A stretch of DNA of 64,000 nt from Chiloscyllium plagiosum. Lineage: Eukaryota. The position numbers and the translations under genes are program-made. Below are positions 60,486-64,000 of this stretch, in pieces (positions within the stretch are counted from its first letter, which is position 1; every line of letters begins with the position of its first letter). The stretch lies in contig NC_057718.1 in the NCBI RefSeq assembly GCF_004010195.1, positions 100,961,637 through 101,025,636 on the forward strand, in the 5' to 3' direction. The notes under the pieces were generated by a model. It made no database searches and was not told the DNA's origin. It saw only the letters and a program-made list of their open reading frames with translations.

Positions 60486-61114
60486 ACAAATTGGAGAGAT
60501 GCTTAATTTAATGTCTTAGGTTGATCTTATTAGATAAGAATCACAGTTGCTTTATTTATGAAATCACTGCCCATTTTCCTTCAACAACAGGCAATAATTT
60601 GCTAAATGAATGCATTCTTGATTTTATATCTAATTTCAGTTCATCATACTTGCTCTCTTGTTAGTAGTTACATTAGAGTCAAATGATTAAAAAGACCAAG
60701 ACACTAAATTCATTGTGGTGGAACATTGTACATGAAAAATGTAACTTCAAACACATTAAAGCCATGCTGGCGATCACTGACCTGTTCACAGATCATTGAT
60801 TTCTGAAAACATAACGTGCGGGAAAGACCTATCTGCAAATTTGCCAAACACTTGCCATTCCTGACACTCCTTCTAATGCTACGATCACTGCTTTGATGGG
60901 ATTAGTTTTTACTCCCAGCAGCTTATTTTATTTCAAACTGGAATCTTTTCTGTCTCGTTTTCAAACAAAAAAGAAGAGTGGATCATCATCTTCACTTATT
61001 TTACCTTAATTTTCTCAAAAGCCTCAAGTTCTTGAGCATTCTGTCAGCAGTTTGCATTGGGACAGATGCATTTTAATTATTTTTATTTTCTTAAAAGAAT
61101 TGTTGCAATTTAAT

Positions 61115-61685
61115 TGTTAGGAAGCACTTCTGCACACAAAGGGTTTGGAATTCTCTTCCACATCAACAATGGATACAGAATCAGTTGTTAATTTTAATCC
61201 TGAGATAGAGAAATCTTTGTAAAGCAAAAGTATTAAGGGATATGGGCCAAATGCAGGTATTTGGAGTGTGGCCACAGATCAGCTGTGATCTCACTGAATG
61301 GCGGACCAGGCTCGAGAAACGTAATGGCCTACTCCTGTTTCTATGTTCCTAAACAAGTTATTTTCTCAGCTCATGTGACAGACTGAGGACGTCTGAAAAC
61401 TTCTGTCCTTTTGAGGATCCTAGATGTGATTGTCTCATGAACAGCTGTACATGGTTTCTTTAAGAGTGATGGTTTTCTCTCCATTTTGAAATCAACAGAA
61501 GAATGGCCAAAACTTTGAGTGTTTTCAAGAAGGAGTTACACATTGTTCTTGGGGCTAAAGGGTTCAAAGGGTATAGGGAGAGAGCAGGAACAGGGGACTG
61601 AGTGGGGTGATAAGCCACGATCATATGGAATAGTGGAGCACACTCGAAGGGCTGAATGGCACATTCTTCCTATTTTCTATTGTTC
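61115..61685 (+). mobile_element. Two CR1 3' tail remnants (61115-61350, 61505-61685)
   Basis: Tail motifs gaatggcggaccaggctcg and gaagggctgaatggc. Confidence 0.6.
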
Positions 61686-62039
61686 CAAGGTGTTAAGACA
61701 AAGCCTCATGTCACTTGAAATCTTCAACAGATTACAAGTTGTTAATATCTGCACTGTGAACGTTTGAACTAATTCGAGCCTGTGACGTCCATTCGTCCAC
61801 TTATCACATGTCAGTGTCATGTGTCACGTCTTGTGAATTTGAACTTCATTTGTGATGAGCTGAGCACATCTGTTAATGCAACATAAGTTTTTAACTTGAA
61901 GGAAGTATCTTTCTTAGCATTTAAAAAAAAAACCCAGGATAACACAACAGTAACCAGAGTGTCCACATGATACAGGGCATCAATAACACAAAGAGTACAC
62001 TGACCCCCAAGTTCAGGAACTGGCATTAATAAATGTGTT

Positions 62040-62940
62040 TCAAGATGATGGCAGAGTGGTGAAGAGCTAAGCCCAGGGTCTGTTTGCTCCCATTGGCTTT
62101 CTTCCTCTTTTTTTATCTTTTTACTTTTGCTATTTTTCTTTCCTTGTTCTTTCCTTTGTTTTCTTTAATGTTAAGTTGGGAGAGCGATGGCTGAAGGAGG
62201 AGGTCCCTGGCAGTAGTGGCAATGATGCCAGGATGAGCCAGACATGGCTCCATCCCAGCCTGGGGTTTCTCGGTGAGTGGGGAGCAGGTCGATGGCTGAC
62301 TCCCCCTAGCCGGGACTCACAGGTTAGCCCGAGGCTCCAGGCCGCCTGAAGGAGGAGGAAAGTGGTCTCAGTCGAGTGTGGCTGTCTCCCAGCGACCTGC
62401 TGTGCTGTTCCAGCAATAAAGTTTCAGCTTTGATCTCCAGCGTCTGCAGACCTCACTTTCTCCCCCTAACCGGGACTCACATGTTAGCCCGAGGCTCCAG
62501 GCCACCTGAAGGAGGAGGAAAGTGGTCTCAGTCGAGTGTGGCTGTCTCCCAGCGTGGTGGTCCACTCTCCACGTGGAGGTCTTCTTTGTCTTCAGTGGCC
62601 TGGCAGGTGGGCCGGTCCAGGAGCGGCATTCTCGGCCCGGCATGTTGGTCTCTTCCTGGCTGCATCTTCAGGGTATTCCACTGTTCCTAAATCAGCCTTC
62701 CTTGAGCACAGCAGCAATTAGCTGAACTGTGACGAACTTTATCTTAATTTTACTGTTTTAAAGTTATTATGTATAACTTCTGTCATTAATATAGGTGCAA
62801 TGGTAGGGCAACTTATAAAACTTTTCATTGTATTATTTGTGTAAAAATACATGAGACAGTAAATTTGTATTCTGTTCTGTTCTATTGTACTGCATTCTAT
62901 TCCACTATATTCTATTCTAATCTATTTTTCTCTACTCTAA
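62040..62940 (+). mobile_element. Non-coding element with a Rex1-type 3' tail (putative non-autonomous retroposon)
   Basis: Starts caagatgatggc. Ends cttttcattgta...catgagacagtaaatt(tattc)n, similar to the Rex1 3' end (reverse complement of 42196-42255). Confidence 0.5.
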
Positions 62941-63379
62941 TGTAGTCTTTGGTCAGTGTAGACAAAGTGGACTGAAGGGCCTCCTGTGCTTTATGATTCT
63001 GTGACTCTACAACCAGGATGGCCTAAGCCAGATTGGTTGGGACTGAGGGTCATTCAGGTTGACTTTGAGCACGGTAACTAGATGCTGGTCCAGCCTGTGA
63101 CTCCCACGTTCCATGTGTGAGTAAAGGAAGCATTACTCTGCCCCTTCACCTCCAATATTCAGGGACATTGAACTGTCCTTTTGACTCCTGAGTCTTACTT
63201 CTCATTCTTCCTTTATAAACACCAACAACATTTATTTGCTTTTCCACTTAAAAGCTGCACTTAATCTCCGGGGTCTGCTTTATAACTGAATTGGAAAATA
63301 AATAACTGAATAACTGGGTTGCTATTATCAGAAGCTTTTTTTTTGTTTTGGTCTGAGATGAATGGAATTTCATTATCAT

Positions 63380-63580
63380 GCTTAATCCTGACCTCTGGCA
63401 CCTCCCCACTTTCCTTTGTTCTGCCATTGGCGGCTGTACCTCCAGCTCCTGTCGTGGCAATCAGCTCTAATTCTCTCCCAACACTTCTCAATACAGCTCA
63501 CCTGCCCAAAATGGTCTTTAACACCCACCTTTTGGAACGAGCTTTCGATCATTAATCTTGAGATTGCCTTATGTTGCTCT
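63380..63580 (+). mobile_element. L2-like LINE 3' fragment
   Basis: ccattggcggctgtacctccagct...aattctctccc...tttaacacccaccttt. Confidence 0.5.
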
Positions 63581-63594
63581 GTGACAAATTTTGA

Positions 63595-64000
63595 GAAGCA
63601 GAAGTAGGCCATTTGGCCCATCGAGCCTGCTCTGCCACTCGATGAGGCCGTGGCCGATCTGACAATCCTCAGATCCACTTTTCCCTGTAACCCTTATTCC
63701 CTTCCCCCCTTAAAAATCTGTCGATCTCAGCCTTGAATGTACTTGATGGCAGTTCTCTGCTGTAAAGAATTCCTCAGGTTCACTGCCTTCTGAGAGAAGA
63801 AATCCTATCTCATTGCTGTCTTAAACTGACAACCCCTTTCTCTAAACCTAAGCTGTCTTGTCCTAGAGTCTCCTATGAGGGGGAGCAACATTTTGTATCG
63901 ACCCTATTGTGTGCAGGCCTGGAACTCACATTATAGCAAAGATGTGATTGCACTGGAGAGGGTGCAGAGGAGATTTACCAGGATATTGTCTGGGCTGGAG
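63595..64000. mobile_element. CR1 fam-2 tail (-, 63595-63905) and CR1 fragment (+, 63925-64000)
   Basis: gtaggccatttggcccatcgagcctgctc; gatgtgattgcactggagagggtgcagaggagattt. Confidence 0.7.

Noticed and set aside
1..64000. CRISPR array, prokaryotic operon or nested FLRT coding exon
   Set aside because: No regularly spaced repeat-spacer array, no bacterial-type gene density, and no long LRR-encoding ORF on either strand.

Overview
Vertebrate genomic DNA, almost certainly shark/elasmobranch, judged from the HE1-type V-SINEs with their CR1 partner LINE and from Deu-domain SINEs. The window is nearly all intron. The only host-gene piece I can support is a 30-nt phase-1 coding exon at 15792-15821 (+) encoding (A)NKSLLGGGG(V), the glycine-rich loop of a MACROD1/MACROD2 macrodomain ADP-ribose hydrolase; the neighbouring exons were not found in the window. 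Well over half of the sequence is decayed, often nested transposable elements: several CR1 subfamilies, L2, Rex1/Babar, four SINE families, two solo LTRs, a Tigger-like MITE, and about five families of Penelope-like elements (PLEs). Many PLE copies carry minimal hammerhead-ribozyme cores (CUGANGA-stem II-GAAA-palindromic stem III-UH). Many are short non-coding fold-back hairpins that turn at or near the hammerhead. One hairpin has captured an inverted 90-nt copy of nearby genomic DNA, and several tiny inserts are flanked by unusually long (47-95 bp) duplications. The ORF-track entries are TE fragments or noise. Family letters (A-E, fam 2/3) are my own labels, and TE boundaries are approximate unless a TSD is quoted.
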